NCBI RefSeq assembly: GCF_021869535.1
Contig: NW_026262615.1
Location: forward strand, 36,208,001 to 36,272,000
Direction of reading: 5' to 3'
DNA: 64,000 nt
Source of the DNA: Mytilus californianus
Taxonomy: Eukaryota
Below are positions 12,601 to 25,600 of the stretch, piece by piece. The position numbers and the translations under genes are program-made. Under the pieces are notes generated by a model. The model ran no database searches, was not told the origin of the DNA, and saw only the letters and a program-made list of their open reading frames with translations. Position 1 is the stretch's first letter. Every line of letters starts with the position of its first letter.

Positions 12601-14866
12601 ATATAACATGAAATGCAATCAAAACCCTATGGCTATTATGATTCACTACCACAAAACTTCAGTTGTCAACAAAACGAAGAATTTAATGAAAATAAGAAGA
12701 ATTTAACCTTACCTGACTGCAGATTTGGTTTTCTACCGCTTCATGGGTACCTGTATCCGGTGGTGATGCTACACAGTGTACACTTATACATAGCAAAATC
12801 ATTTTTGAAAATAGTGCAAACAAGTTTCATTTTGATTTTTTCCGCAGTTCTTTCATGAAGTCCGCTTGAGGTATAGCCAACATCGAATTCCCTCACAAAA
12901 TCTAATCACACACTATAGTATAATACAATTCAATGTCTTATTAAAAAATTCACAAAATTGCAAAATGAAAGCAATCTTTACCATCAGTGCTCACAAGCAC
13001 TTTGATTAGAACATGTGAGCAAGGGCAAACTTCGCATTGAAATCTTTTCACCGTTCACAAATCATAATTTAAGGGTTTTTTTTATACCTATAGTAAGAAA
13101 TAAAACTGATCGAGAGACTTTCCTCAAACTAGTAAACCAGGTGAAATACATTAATTAAATCCTTCAAAATATTTGTTATGATTATAATAAGTACTACAGA
13201 TAATCGTTGCTCTCAGTCTACAAATGAAATAATACCATGTAAATTTCGTTTGGTCGAGGCGCATTTCTGGATTTTGTTTCATCAGGGACACTCACACGTA
13301 AACATGTTAAAGCCAGGGATGCGGAAAACAAGACATAATACTTGCTTTTCTGACGATACATCGATACATTGATGATATTTTGTATGAAGTTGCAGTACTA
13401 TCAGTTCGTATCAGTTTGATGACTAACTGAGGCAATGTCCCATAGGGCATGGTTCAATGACTTTGAATTAATTAGCTATTTTCAATATTAAGTTTTCTGC
13501 TAAAGGTAGTTTGATAGGATCTTCTTGTAACAGATCAAAAATATTTTGTGTAAAGTTGCATTACTATCAGCACATATCTGTTTGACGAATAATTTCGAGA
13601 CCCTGTCGCCTAGGGCATGATACACTGACTTTTAATTGATCAAGGTTCTGGTCAGTCATCGTTCAATTAGTAAAGAGTTTTAAATGCTAAGTTTTCTTCT
13701 AAAACAGTTTGATAAGAACTACTTGTGCCAGATCAATGATATGTTCTATAAAGTTGCATTACTGTCAGTTTGTCCTATGTTTAGGCCCTGTCCCTTAGGG
13801 CATGGTCCAGTGACTTTGAATTTATTAACAATTTCCATTGCTGAAGTTGTCTGCTTAAGAACTACTTGTGACAGATCAATGATATTTTGTTTAAAGTTGT
13901 ATTATTATCAGTTCATATCAGTTAAACTACTATTTTGAGGCTCTGCCCCCCTAGGACATGGTCCAGTGATTTTGAATTAATTAGCAATTTTCAATATTAA
14001 GTTTTCTGCATAAGTCAGTTTGATAGGAACTACTTACAATAGACAACAATATTTTCTACAAAGTTACACTACTGTCGGTACATCTCAGTTTTTCGACGAT
14101 TTTCAGGCCCTGCCAACTAGATCATGGTACAGCGACTGAACTAATAAGCAATGTTGCTGTAAATCGGATAGTTTTTTTCTGAATTATATACCGATATGCG
14201 AGACATATCTCTTTGTCAACAGTTTATTTGATAACTTCTCGCATTATTACCTGGGAATGTTAAATATAAATTATATGCTACAAATGATTCAAAAATATCT
14301 ATTCTTTTCAACAGGATTTTGTATTTTACGACACCCATAAAAGAACCCTAGAGATAAAGTACAATGTCATAGAGAATGAAAATCAATCTTCAAAAGCTGA
14401 ATATGTTGATGTTAATCTGCTTGGTCAAGTTCTAGCATCGACTGACCATAAGCATTACTTATTCCCTGATAATGAAATAGTTGCTGACGACGTACCGTAC
14501 AGTGCTATCAAATCTAATGCTCCTCTGATCGTTTCAAAACGAACTGCGGTTGTGGTGTCTGATTTGAATTGTCCACAAAGAACTTTACTTTCAATAAGTA
14601 ATTGCTTTCAAGCACCAATTGGAATGTTTTTTATTTTCAACGTTTATGGCTGTTTGTCTGAGAATATCAAAAAGCACCTCCTTTTACACTTTGCTAAGTT
14701 CCTTAGTCGGTCAATGAGTGAATATATATTACTTCGTGGTATATCAAGCAAAGGAACTAGTTGGACGTTTTTGGACAGCGCCGTCGAAGAATTTGGATTT
14801 AAAAGAATAGAATTTTATGGTACAGGTGTAGTAAGTGCCAGAAAAAGAATAAAAAACAAACTGTAA
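9689..14866 (+). CDS. Histidine N-acetyltransferase / NAT16-like GNAT, paralog A; join(9689-9865,10598-10834,14315-14866), 321 aa
   Basis: All introns are GT-AG and phase 0; the spliced frame is open to TAA at 14866. IYNGGDYLP and IDDGRSVVTRAVRVSKEYAGKGIAG match the NAT16/HISAT pattern (GGDYLP; acetyl-CoA motif A R-V-x4-G-K-G). An acceptor at 9643 implies an upstream non-coding exon. Confidence 0.85.
10978..11545 (+). mobile_element. Abundant dispersed element linked to the 3' end of an RT-type (possibly Penelope-like) retroelement; other copies 20500-20780 (-), 28430-28530, 59003-59215
   Basis: The block catagaaaactaaagact...ccccac...ggtgatct...ggtgctcc...agatcctgctcc recurs at these loci. 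The minus strand of 11400-11540 resembles the KLKxSxRK...LVDRYGISVSQ tail also seen at 46902-47123. Family assignment is from recall. Confidence 0.6.
13370..14225 (+). repeat. HINE-like element with ~5 diverged 143-198-bp core repeats in intron 2 of paralog A; same family at 41085-41510
   Basis: The anchor aagttgca, or a variant, occurs at 13387, 13553, 13751, 13894 and 14061. The 3' end gcgagacatatctct.tgtcaacag is shared with 41476-41500. Confidence 0.7.
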
Positions 14867-15689
14867 TACAAAAAAAGGAAATCGGATACAGCTTTTTGTG
14901 TAGTTTCTTTTTTGCATAAGTTTTCATGAGCAACAGTACCAAACCATCATATATGGCTACCTTCGTACGTTTCCTGTAGTAGCGAGCACATTACTTGAGT
15001 CTGCTTTCCAATCAATTTGACAGAGGGGAATTGTTCTATACATGAATTTAGATATATATTTATATTATATGTGTAATCAGTTTCATATGTTTATACGGAA
15101 TTGTACAAGTGTTGTCTGAAAACGCCTTTTTGTTTACTCTCTCTCCGGTCATAAATGTCGTTCATTTAAGACGTGTTTTTATGAGCTAGTTCCCAACCAA
15201 AACCTTAAGTTAAATGACGAGGCCCATATCGTCACATGGTGGAAAGACCCTTAAAAGCTTTTAAGTAGAAATTTACAAAATTTTGAGAAATATCTGTGCA
15301 GGTTTCAAGACACAATTAATTTATTTCTGAAAATGTGACCCCGTACACGAGTACTGGACACGTGGTTGTTATTCATCAATGTGACAGGACAAATTGGATG
15401 AATTTTGAGATCATTTTGACCAGTGACTTATACGGACAAATATTCATTTTATAACACAATTTATCCACACATACAAAGACATTTATCTTTACACATATGT
15501 CCAGAAATGCCTTTTTGTTTACTCTCTCTCTGATAATAAGTGTCGTTCATGTAAGACGTGTTTTCATGAGCTAGTTCCCAAACCAAAAACTAAAGTTAAA
15601 TGATGAGGCCCATATCGTCAAACAATGTAAGCCTCCTGTAGTAGAGAGCACATAATGACCCTGCTTTTCAATCAATTTGACAAATGGCA

Positions 15690-16300
15690 ATGTCAGCTTC
15701 TGCCATCCCTTGGCGTCCGTCATCCCTCCGTGTAGATCTGTTGTCCGGATTTTTTCTTTAAAACTCTTCAGTCCCGAAACTGTTCAATGGACTGACATCA
15801 AAGTTTGTCTGTTTCATCCACTTTATCCACTATGAAATTTGTGATTTTCGTTTAGGTTGATTAAACAACATGGCCACCGTGGCCAAGAATTGAACATAGG
15901 GGTAAAATTGCAATTTTAATTGATATCTCGAAAAGTATAGGAATAAGAGAATACTAACTGGGGAAAATGGCACAACAAGCTACATGTATTATCTACCCTG
16001 AACATTTATGAATAATCTATCAACATTTTTTGGAGTTATTGGCCCTGGAATGTTGATAGTTTGATATATTGACAGTTCTTGGCTATTGTTTCGAAAACTT
16101 TCGTAGCCAAGTTAAACTGCAAATTCAAAAATTATTCACATGGCAAGTTCTATCTATCTGAAACGTTTAAGAAAAATCCGAATCTCCTAAATGAGTTATT
16201 GCCCCCGAAATGTAAGTAGTATTTACCAATTATCACAGTTTTTGGACTGTTATGCTATCTAATAACTGTAAGATCTGTTACTGTTTTATGCAGTTTGGTT
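15690..16300 (+). mobile_element. Degenerate HINE/Helentron-type interspersed element
   Basis: Head ttctgccatcccttggcgtccgtcatcc with a GTCC-like microsatellite, then aacatggcc...gaacataggggtaaaa. Recognised from recall of bivalve repeats only. Confidence 0.45.
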
Positions 16301-17085
16301 TCTGTCTCAAACACTAAAAAAGCTAGATTAAACGCATAAATCAGAAATGATCAGCTACGCAAAAAATAACAGGTATGTTCATATAAAGGTCCTAATTAGC
16401 AGCAAGTTTCTAAAAGGTTAGCAATACAGGCACAGATGTGCCTCTTGTATATTTCCTTGTTCAATAGGCCCTTTTCATGTTACAAACTTTTGACACCGGG
16501 TTACCTACTCTGTGGTAGGAAATCTGATATTCGGTCAAGTACGAGCAACGAAAAAAAGTAAAATAAAACATATAAACGGTGCAATATCGGGGGAATGTTT
16601 ACTGTTTTCCGATGATTTGGTCTTGTTTAGAAAACATTAAAGAGTTATTTTTTCCCCAAATTGTACCGATTGAAAGCTTAATTCTTCTTTCAGTTACTCC
16701 TACGTGAAAGGGTACCATCAGGATGCCCTACTGCAGAGTAGGTAACCTGTCGAAAAATTATTATCCGGAGTCAAACGTCGGTAATATGAAAATAGTCTAT
16801 TGTGTGGTCATTATTTTGATAGTCGCAATGTGTATGTTTTTTATTGCGTGTTTTAGTTTTAAGTCTAGTGGTCTAGAAAGGAACAGGGTGGTTTTTGCAC
16901 ACGTAAAACTGAGTTTAACCACACGACGGTTTGTCTCTGTACGAAGTCAGTCTATCTGGTCCATGGGTTTTTTGTTGTTGTTCGTTTTTGTATGTCCGTT
17001 TTTCGGAAGAGCGAATTGTTGATGGTTGATATGGATAGTTGTACCGTATGGTATTTATCATTTTGCTCTTATCTCCTGTTTATGT

Positions 17086-17230
17086 ACAAGCCTAGTTGGT
17101 CGAGTAGTCTAGGGCGCTGGATATACAGCGCTAGACACAGTGCAAGTTGCCACGATGTCATAGAAGCAAGGGTTCGAACCAACTGAGGGGAAAAAAATTT
17201 GCTAACGCAAATTTGAAATTCAACATGTAT
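17086..17230 (+). mobile_element. Degenerate tRNA-headed SINE-like element (family of 25745-25920)
   Basis: agcctagttggtcgagtagtctag...gggttcgaacc...gagggaaaaaaatttgc aligns with 25745-25865. Confidence 0.55.
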
Positions 17231-17640
17231 ATATATATATATATATCTGAGTATGTTGATATGTTTTCTTGTGGAATATTATCTTATCATGTCTGTCTAG
17301 TACAAAACAGGATTATCATAGATCTATATCTCATTACATTTTACATGCACATAAAGGTATTAATAAAAATTCCAAACTTTCGACAATATCAACCAACGGA
17401 ACGAATGGAAATATTATGCATATTATTGTCCTGAAGATACTTTTAATATTATTTGCTGAACAAGGAACCTACGTGTTTCAATCAATCCATTAAATTGTAT
17501 GGGCGCAGCCATTTTATGAAGATAAGATAACATGGCATTCAGAATTAAGAGTATGGCTAAACTTGATTGGTCGATGTGTGCAACTGGTATTTTATCACTA
17601 GACACTTCGTGCACAGTGCACGGAAGCCGGTAATTGTCAG

Positions 17641-17842
17641 GGTGTAGTTTTATTTTTAAGTCGTTATAACGACTTAGCTAATAAGTCGTTATAACGAGTT
17701 ATGTAAGCTAAGTCGTTATAACAAGTAAGTTAAGCTAAGTCTTTATAACGAGTAAGTTAAGCTAAGTCGTTATAACGAGTAAGCTATGTCTTTATAACAA
17801 GCTAGATAAGTCGTTATAACGACTTTAAAATAAAACTACACC
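17641..17842. mobile_element. 202-bp foldback/MITE-like element: 36-bp TIRs enclosing 7 copies of an 18-bp palindrome
   Basis: The left end ggtgtagttttatttttaagtcgttataacgactta matches the reverse complement of the right end at 35/36. The core aagtcgttataacgactt is a perfect palindrome. No TSD found. Confidence 0.8.
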
Positions 17843-20156
17843 ATCACACTAACCCCACGTTCGTAACTCTGCTCTATACCAAAGGCAAAATAATATATTT
17901 TCCGTAGCCCTAATAGAAATGAGAATTCTTTCCTACGCTTTGATAAGACACGTGATTTTGAGTGCAAAATTGATAGGCAAGGGAGATAAGTACAAATTAC
18001 TGTAAGAAAAGCAACGGGAACATATCTTTTTTTGACTACAAAAGAATGTCCTATTAATTTTTCTTTAATTCTAGCAATGTTTCGTTCAAAAAATCAACTT
18101 TCTAAAGTCTGTATCCCGAAAAGGGCTACTATTGTCCTCTATGGGGAAATTAATTGGGTTTTTTTTGCAATCAACAGCTATTTCAGTTAATCAGTCAAAC
18201 AACAATTCATCCATCCATCAAATTTTATAATAAATCGAATTTATTCTTGCGTTAATTAAAGTCGCATGTTGTCTGGTTAATCTGAGTCAGATAAAGATGA
18301 ACTACTAGGTAAACATTTATAGGGTCTCATATTTAACGATATATTATATTTTTGAAAATTAAAATTATAAACAACGGAGCCTTTTATATTAGATCACAAG
18401 GATATTTTAATTTACTGGCACTACTGCCTGCGGTGGTTGACTGCTATTCGTCCCCAGGGGTATCATTAGCACATGAGTCGGTGCTTTGGAGCTTGGATTA
18501 TTTATAACATACCTTTCTCAAACTCTCTGCTGAAAAATGTGTAGACTAAGGTTACAACTCACTTCGGCAATGTTGACCTTAGGTGGGTTTTGTTTTTCTT
18601 TCTTTTTTTGTCGCTATTTTGGCATAAAACCCTCTAGTGTTCAAGTATGCACATTACATTAATGGAGTTTTCTCTCGTACTGTTTGGAGGCCGTAAAATG
18701 TTTCCCCTTGCTTGAGGTAGGCCGTTAAAAGTTTTACCTTGCTTAAGGTGTATGCTCTTCTGTACATTTAAAGTTATGTATTTTTATTCTTGAGATAACT
18801 TCTCTTATGTGTGCCACATCATTCTTTCAATTTTAGGAAAGTTTGCATTCTAAAATTTAAAAAAAGACGCACACATCCTATTACTTGCCCCCATTCCTAT
18901 CCACCTTACTATTTTCACTTTCAAACATTCATTGGGGGCGGGATCAATACACCGCTATTTACACATCAGACCGTACTGGTTACCGGAACTTTGGATGCCT
19001 GCAATATACCCGGTATGCCCTTAATTTTAGAATTCATTCATATATTTTGTATTATTCAAAGTTATCACTCAAAATGTATTCTACAAGGACCACCAGTCCT
19101 TCACCTTGACACTTGATACCTAAATTACCATAATATATTCCACATAGTTCTACGCTATTCCTGGTGCTTGGGACCTTCTTAAACTTGCAGTGAGGTGAAA
19201 GTTGTTCTGCTCCGTGTCGAAGGCCTCACTGTGACTTTGAGACGAAGAACAGCAATAAAGCGCCGTTTTTTGATTTTTTGTGTGTGTTTTTTTGCTGCGC
19301 ATGTACTGTTTTTGTGTAATTGATAGATACCCCATATCCTTTGTTTTTTTTCTAATATAAACATCTTTGCTTTTATTTTACCTGGTTAAGCTTTCCTGTT
19401 GAAGGAAATCCAGGAAAGGTCTTCGGAAGCACCAAAATAATAAAGACTTATATTCATTAAAACAACTTTACATAGGAATATAATCCTAGGTTGGAGTAGA
19501 ATTATTTGAAAATAATCACTCTGTTCAGAATTTTATATGCAAACAGACAAAAGATAATCATTAAAACAGTCTGACAGTGTGTGACATATATTTTTGACAT
19601 TGATTTCTATAATGAAAGTCGAAATTTTACCCATATGCTATTTTCGGATTGATAACTCTTAAATTTTAGATATAAACGCGAATTTAAAAAAAAACGTTGT
19701 CGCCTACGTATATATTACGCTCTGAAGCTCAGCCAACGTCAATTTTACTATCGCAGTGATAGGTAAACTTAATTTGAAAAACTAAAACCTGCAGATACGT
19801 TTTACGTAGGCCAAGCCTAATTCACAATACAGCTGTCTTCAAATGATAAATTTTGCTGATTTCCCTAATTACTTCCTTAAATTAGCTACTGGATAAAAAG
19901 AGTAAGAAGACACCAGAAGGACAATTTAAGGCAAAATAAACCAAAGGAAGAATCAAAAGTGCTAAAGAAAAAAACCTGTCATTCTAACAGTTGTATTTGA
20001 CAATCACTTATTCATTTCAACGGACACTCAGATGTGTGATCAGTTTCAAGCGAGATGACATAATCTGTGTTACAGAGTATACATTATCTATGTGCCTGTC
20101 CTAAATCAGGTGTATGTTATTCAGTGGTTGTTGTTTATTGTTGTATATCTTATTTG

Positions 20157-20375
20157 TTTTTCGTTATTGTTTTGTACGTTAATCAGGCCATTTATTTTCT
20201 TGTTTGAATTTGTCACGTCTGGACCTTTTTTTAGCTTGCTATGTTGCTTAAGTATTGTTCATTAATTTTTCGTTATTGTTTTGTACGTTAATCAGGCCAT
20301 TTATTTTCTTGTTTGAATTTGTTACGTCTGGACATTTTTTTAGCTTGCTATGTTGCTTAAGTATTGTTCATTAAT
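20157..20375. repeat. 109-bp direct tandem duplication inside a dispersed repeat
   Basis: cgttattgttttgtacg at 20162 and 20271; the copies differ at only a few positions. Confidence 0.9.
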
Positions 20376-20999
20376 GGAGTCCGAACAATGATCAATGGCT
20401 AACTTCTATGTCATAAAGACTCTCTTAAACAGATGTTCTATTGGCAATCATACCTCATTGTCTTATGTTTATATTAATATATTTTCAAAAGAATTGTAGG
20501 TGCAAACGTTACTGTGATAGTTGTATCATGTAATGTGTACAACTGGTACATGAGCAACACGACGGATGCCACATGTGGAGCAGGATCTGCTTACCCTTCG
20601 GGTGCACCTGATATTGACCCCGGTTTTTGGTGGGGTTTTGTTGCTCATGGTAGATTTCTAGTTTGTGTTTGTTAAACTTTGCTTTTTTTTTTTCTTTTTT
20701 TTTTTTTTTTGCCAAAGCCTTGTCATTTTATTTTCGACTTATGAGGTTGAATGTCCATTTGGTATCTTTCGCCTCTCTTCATCATCAGAATTCCTCCTTA
20801 AACATATAGACATTCATATTTGTAACAAACTGTTATCGATGCTTAATTATCTTAATTTAATTTTGGACATTTGAAAGAATAAACAATTACTGTAGGTGTC
20901 TTATAGCCATTTTCCCCCATGCTGATTTTTTCCAGAGGAGGAACTGGATCGTTCCAGTTTTCCCCCCGGAAAAAAAGAACAGGATCACACTTTTCCCCC

Positions 21000-21760
21000 A
21001 TAACGTGATAGACAGACTTGTAGACATGTTAATAGACTAGTGGACACATAGCTAGACCGTTGGGTGAACATGTTGACCGACTGGTTGACACGTAAACATA
21101 TACACTGTTATCAGGACTATCCTCCCACCTAGTAACACAAGAAGCTAATTTTCCCCTAGTAGTAACGTCGGCGACGTCATTTGGAAATAAATTAACCATT
21201 AAAGGATAGTTACCTTCTTTTAAATAGTTAAGCGTTACCACACAATCATCGTAAACACATAAAAATACCAGGAAATAGGTTCACAGACTTGTAGACAACT
21301 AGACAGGCTGCATGTGGACATGTTAACAAACTGTTGAACTCATAGACAGACTTGTAGACATGTTAATAGACTACTGGACACATAGCTAGACCGTTGGGTG
21401 AACATGTTGATTGACTGGTTGACACGTAAACAGACTGGCAAACACGTAGATAGACTGGTGAACATGTCGAATGACTGGTGGACACGTAGACAGACTGGTG
21501 AACACATATACAGACTGATGGACACATATACACTGTTAAACATGGATAGAGACTTGCGGATACCCACAGAGTGGTGTAGACAGACGTGAAGGCATGTAGA
21601 CAGACTGGTGAGTACATACAAAATATGGTGAACATGTAAACGGATTTCTGTACACACACAAATTGTAGACATGTAAACAGACTACTGAAAATGAAGACAG
21701 ACTAGTGAACATTGAGACAGACGAGTGGTCATGCAGAAATGAACTCAGATTTAATTTGTG
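21000..21760. repeat. Degenerate minisatellite region (gtagacagactggtgaacat-like units) with an internal ~90-bp duplication
   Basis: ttgtagacatgttaatagacta.tggacacatagctagaccgttgggtgaacatgttga occurs at ~21020 and ~21352; agacagactggtgaaca variants recur throughout. Confidence 0.75.
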
Positions 21761-22615
21761 GAAATGTGATGAAATCACCATACTATCTGGCATGCACAGG
21801 CTATTGGACACAGACGGCTGCACAAACATAAAATTCAATTTTTAATGTAGGGTCACTTCCTTTTAATAAGTTCTATACCGTTTTCCGTTTTTCAGAATGT
21901 TTAATATATAAACGAAGGAAAACTTTTAAAAGTCTTTCAAATGCCAATGGGTGGCAATTTATTAAACAATATATCAATTGGTCAAAATTTCATTATTTTA
22001 CAGTAGCATTTTATCATCCACAGTATTTATGAATAGGAACAGATTTTCATGTGCATGCATGATATAAACTATACTAATAAGTCGAATTTTTTTACATAGC
22101 CTATAATATATAAATGGGGGTATTTTTTGAATGCAAATGGCACCCTTATAACAAAATATAGGTGACCCATCCATACTTCCCGACCCCAGATCTTTCTTAG
22201 GACACGCGATGCGACAAAACGAACACAATTTGTAACTCCCATCATTTGCTTTATGTAAGCCACGCCGAAAAACAGATTATTTTAGCATTCCAGGGATCAA
22301 TCAATTTTAAGAAAATATGGAAAATATATGCAACAAATGGCCGTCCAACTTTGATGTATACCCATGTTTTAGGGGAATTAGTGGCTTGGGGAAAAAGTGG
22401 CTATATGTACACGTATTGTCAAATTTCCTCCGGGGAGTGAGTTAATGGCAATGATACAAAATTTCCTCAAGGGAAAAATGAGATCATGCCAGTTTTTCCT
22501 TTCAAGGCCCCAAATTCATATCGTAAAAAATGTGTTGTGTTTACAAAACAAAAACGATTATTCTGAGAATAATTTATTTCATCATGCTAAACTCGAGGGG
22601 TCACAATAATCATCT

Positions 22616-25600
22616 TCACGCAGTGGTTAATTGTCCACAAGTTTCATTTATCTCCTGTCGTAAGTCGTCGTCTATTGTGCACTGCTTACGTGTGTTCTTC
22701 ATTTTACGACTACATGTATATCTACCATATTTTCTATAGCCTTTTTTCTGTCCTGGTTTACGTTTGTTCTTTATTTTACGACTACATGTATATCTACCAT
22801 ATTTTCTATAGCCTTTTTTCTGTCCTGATTTAGGACTGCGACTAGCACTATCATCCTCATTAGCACTGTTATCTATAAGCGCGAGGAGTTTACGGCAGAA
22901 CGATTCAAGGGGAGAATCAATTACAGGATTGCATCCCGCAAATTCAATTGACGGGTCTTGGATGTTACAACCATCTGGAATGTTGCAAACAATTGGTCTA
23001 GTGGTCGGAACAGTGACTGAAATGATAAATATTTATTTTTTTCAAATGGATTCGATAAGTTAGCATATATGATGATTTTCAGTAGATTTTTTGCAAAAAA
23101 TAACTCATTCAGTAAACTAAAATCAGTAACAGCGGCTAAAAATTTTAAAATATTTTTACAACGTAATATTAATATCATTCGTTTACGGCAAAGACACAAG
23201 CACAGATAACTATACGACAAAATGTACACAGAAAGACAGACAGACAGACAGACGTGTGTTGATAGGTAGGTCTGTACTGATTTTTTTTAAATATATACAA
23301 TAATTTACAAATTTTAGTCGAAAGAATGTATTTATGGTATACTATAATTTTATTTAAATAAAAATAAAACAATAAAATAGAGTGTGTATTAATTATTTTT
23401 TCTTGAATGAAATATACTGGAATACTTTCTTATTCCGAAATATAAATGTAAAGATATTTACTTTTGGTATATATAGGCATTGTTTGTAATTGAAGGAGAA
23501 GCAGAAAACCTTGGCCGTGTCGACGCACTTATCTTCGTTCAGTTTTGATAATGCTATATTATAGCTTGTTTCGGTTGTTTTAATTGGACTAAGTCTTGTG
23601 AAATTTCTATTTTATATACTAAATACTACTAAATATTCGGTACAGACTATTTGCATGTGTAAGCAGTTAGTTTTTCTAATCGAGTACACTTATTCTAATA
23701 CTTTAATTTGCCTTTACTCTTAGAAATATTATAACCCATGGTACCGTTAATGCTATTAGTATAATGTCAATACTTGACGAGCTTGAATATCTTCGTACAT
23801 ATAATTATTAGTAAGCTTTTTAATTTAACATTAACTTTATATTGAAGTAAATTTATTTCAAAAAGATCATTGCTTGTAGCTACTCAAAACTTACCATTAT
23901 TTGGTCTAGCACTAAAGGCTGCAACATAAAGAAAGAAACTTATAAAAATATATATAATAGGCATGCGCAAAATAAGTATTTCTGGAATGAAATGTTGATT
24001 TTGTTTGTTGTCAGCACGTTTCTTATTCAAGTATGCATTTCAATTCACTTTTCGTGTGTTTTAAGGAGAATGTTCTCCTGAACTAGTCTACAAACACACG
24101 TTATGCAGGAAGTTGGCATCTACGAAGAAAATAATTACATGTTCAGGATGTTGCTACTTAATTTACATACGTTGAAATACCAGAGAAAAATAATAAATGA
24201 ACACAATACGCAATAACATTCATTTGGTTTACCTGCAAACAAATTAGTCTCACGTCAACATCAGTTACTTACATATAAGAAGTCTCACTTCAACATCGGC
24301 TACTTACATATAAGAAGTCTCACGTCAACATCAGCTACTTACACATAAGAAGTCTCACTTCAACATCAACTACTTACATATAAAAAGTCCCACGTCAAAA
24401 TCAGCTACTTACACATAAGAAGTCTCACTTCAACATCAGCTACTTATATATAAGAAGTCTCACGTCAACATCAGCTTCTTACAAATAAGAAATCTCTCGT
24501 CAACATCAGCTACTTACAAATAAGAAGTCTCACGTCAACATCAGATGGATTGGGAATTCCATTATCATTCACAGGTCTGCATATATCACAGAGAGGTGGT
24601 TCACTAGAATACAGTGTGTCTGGCGGTGAAAATGGATCTGAAACATTAGAGAGCATGTAGTATATAAACCAAAACGAAATAGTAAGCTATTATCAAGACA
24701 TTTGTTTAATTTCGAAAATTTGAAGTACACGTAATCAGGCGACATTTCAGATTTAGATGAAATGTTGTATAAGATCTACTTGAACTGCATATGAATATCG
24801 AAAAATAATATATGTAGCTTTTATGCATCCAGATATACAGTAATTAAACATTTGTGAAATAGGCCTTGATATGTAATATGATATGTATGTTAAAATCGAC
24901 GGAAATTTGCATTTTGTCTCTTTAAATAAAGATATGTGTCAAAAATCCGTCCACAGGATTTTGTTTGAAAATCATATTTTATTGCTATAAACATTTACTT
25001 TATCGATATGAAAATTGTCGCCATAATCGTGTTTTGCTGTCTAAATCATCTTAGTATGAGTGATGAATGAAAAATTATGAACAAATACGATTTCGCAGCG
25101 TGACGAATTCACGACGTTATAATTTTAATTGTATTGTTTTACCCTTTTTCACGCTTTATATCAAGACTTATTTATGTCTACAGAAAGAACGAATACGGTG
25201 ACTGCCTATCATTTCCATATCATTAAAACCGATAAAAAATATATTACCTGTTCTATTTAGCGTAAATGATGCAACTTCAATAAAATCATTAGAAATAACG
25301 CTAATTTTGAAGCACCAATAGAAATATTGACCATCTTTCAATGGACCCGAGACCCTGAAAAAAGTAATTATCGGTACACAATTGACAAATTCGTTATCGA
25401 TAGTATAACACAAGTTGTCATAGTGTTATATGACAGTCAAAGTTACGCTAAAACCCAAAACTTTGAAAGCAAACGGCGTATACGTAACTTAGCACATAAA
25501 TGTTGTATGACTTAAAGGGATCTAGACGGATAGCCAAATCCATCATAGGTCAACTTTGCCTGAGGGAGTCTCTAAATAGTTCTAAATAATTCTAAATAAT

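Noticed and set aside
16694-16741. 48-nt exon-like segment (ttcttctttcAG...ag/GTAACC; reads YSYVKGYHQDALLQS)
   Set aside because: No partner exons with compatible phase found; may be a chance or orphan exon.
19150-19364. Basic ORFs of 61 aa on the minus strand
   Set aside because: They overlap T-rich low-complexity sequence and a remnant of the gctccgtgttgaaggcc repeat family; no recognisable domain or exon chain.
23440-23620. Open minus-strand frame with Cys (NEDKCVDTAKVFCFSFNYKQC) as a candidate extra exon of the secreted gene
   Set aside because: Acceptors lack a pyrimidine tract, and exon 4 already joins the strong acceptor at 23016 in phase.
24246-24544. CRISPR-like appearance of the 35-bp array (also the 30-bp and 62-bp arrays)
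   Set aside because: Units are head-to-tail with no unique spacers, there are no cas genes, and the context is spliced eukaryotic genes.
24510-24637. Exon 4 as the sole terminal exon (155-aa protein)
   Set aside because: A 401-nt in-phase open exon with a strong acceptor follows at 23016-22616. The short form is kept only as a possible alternative isoform.
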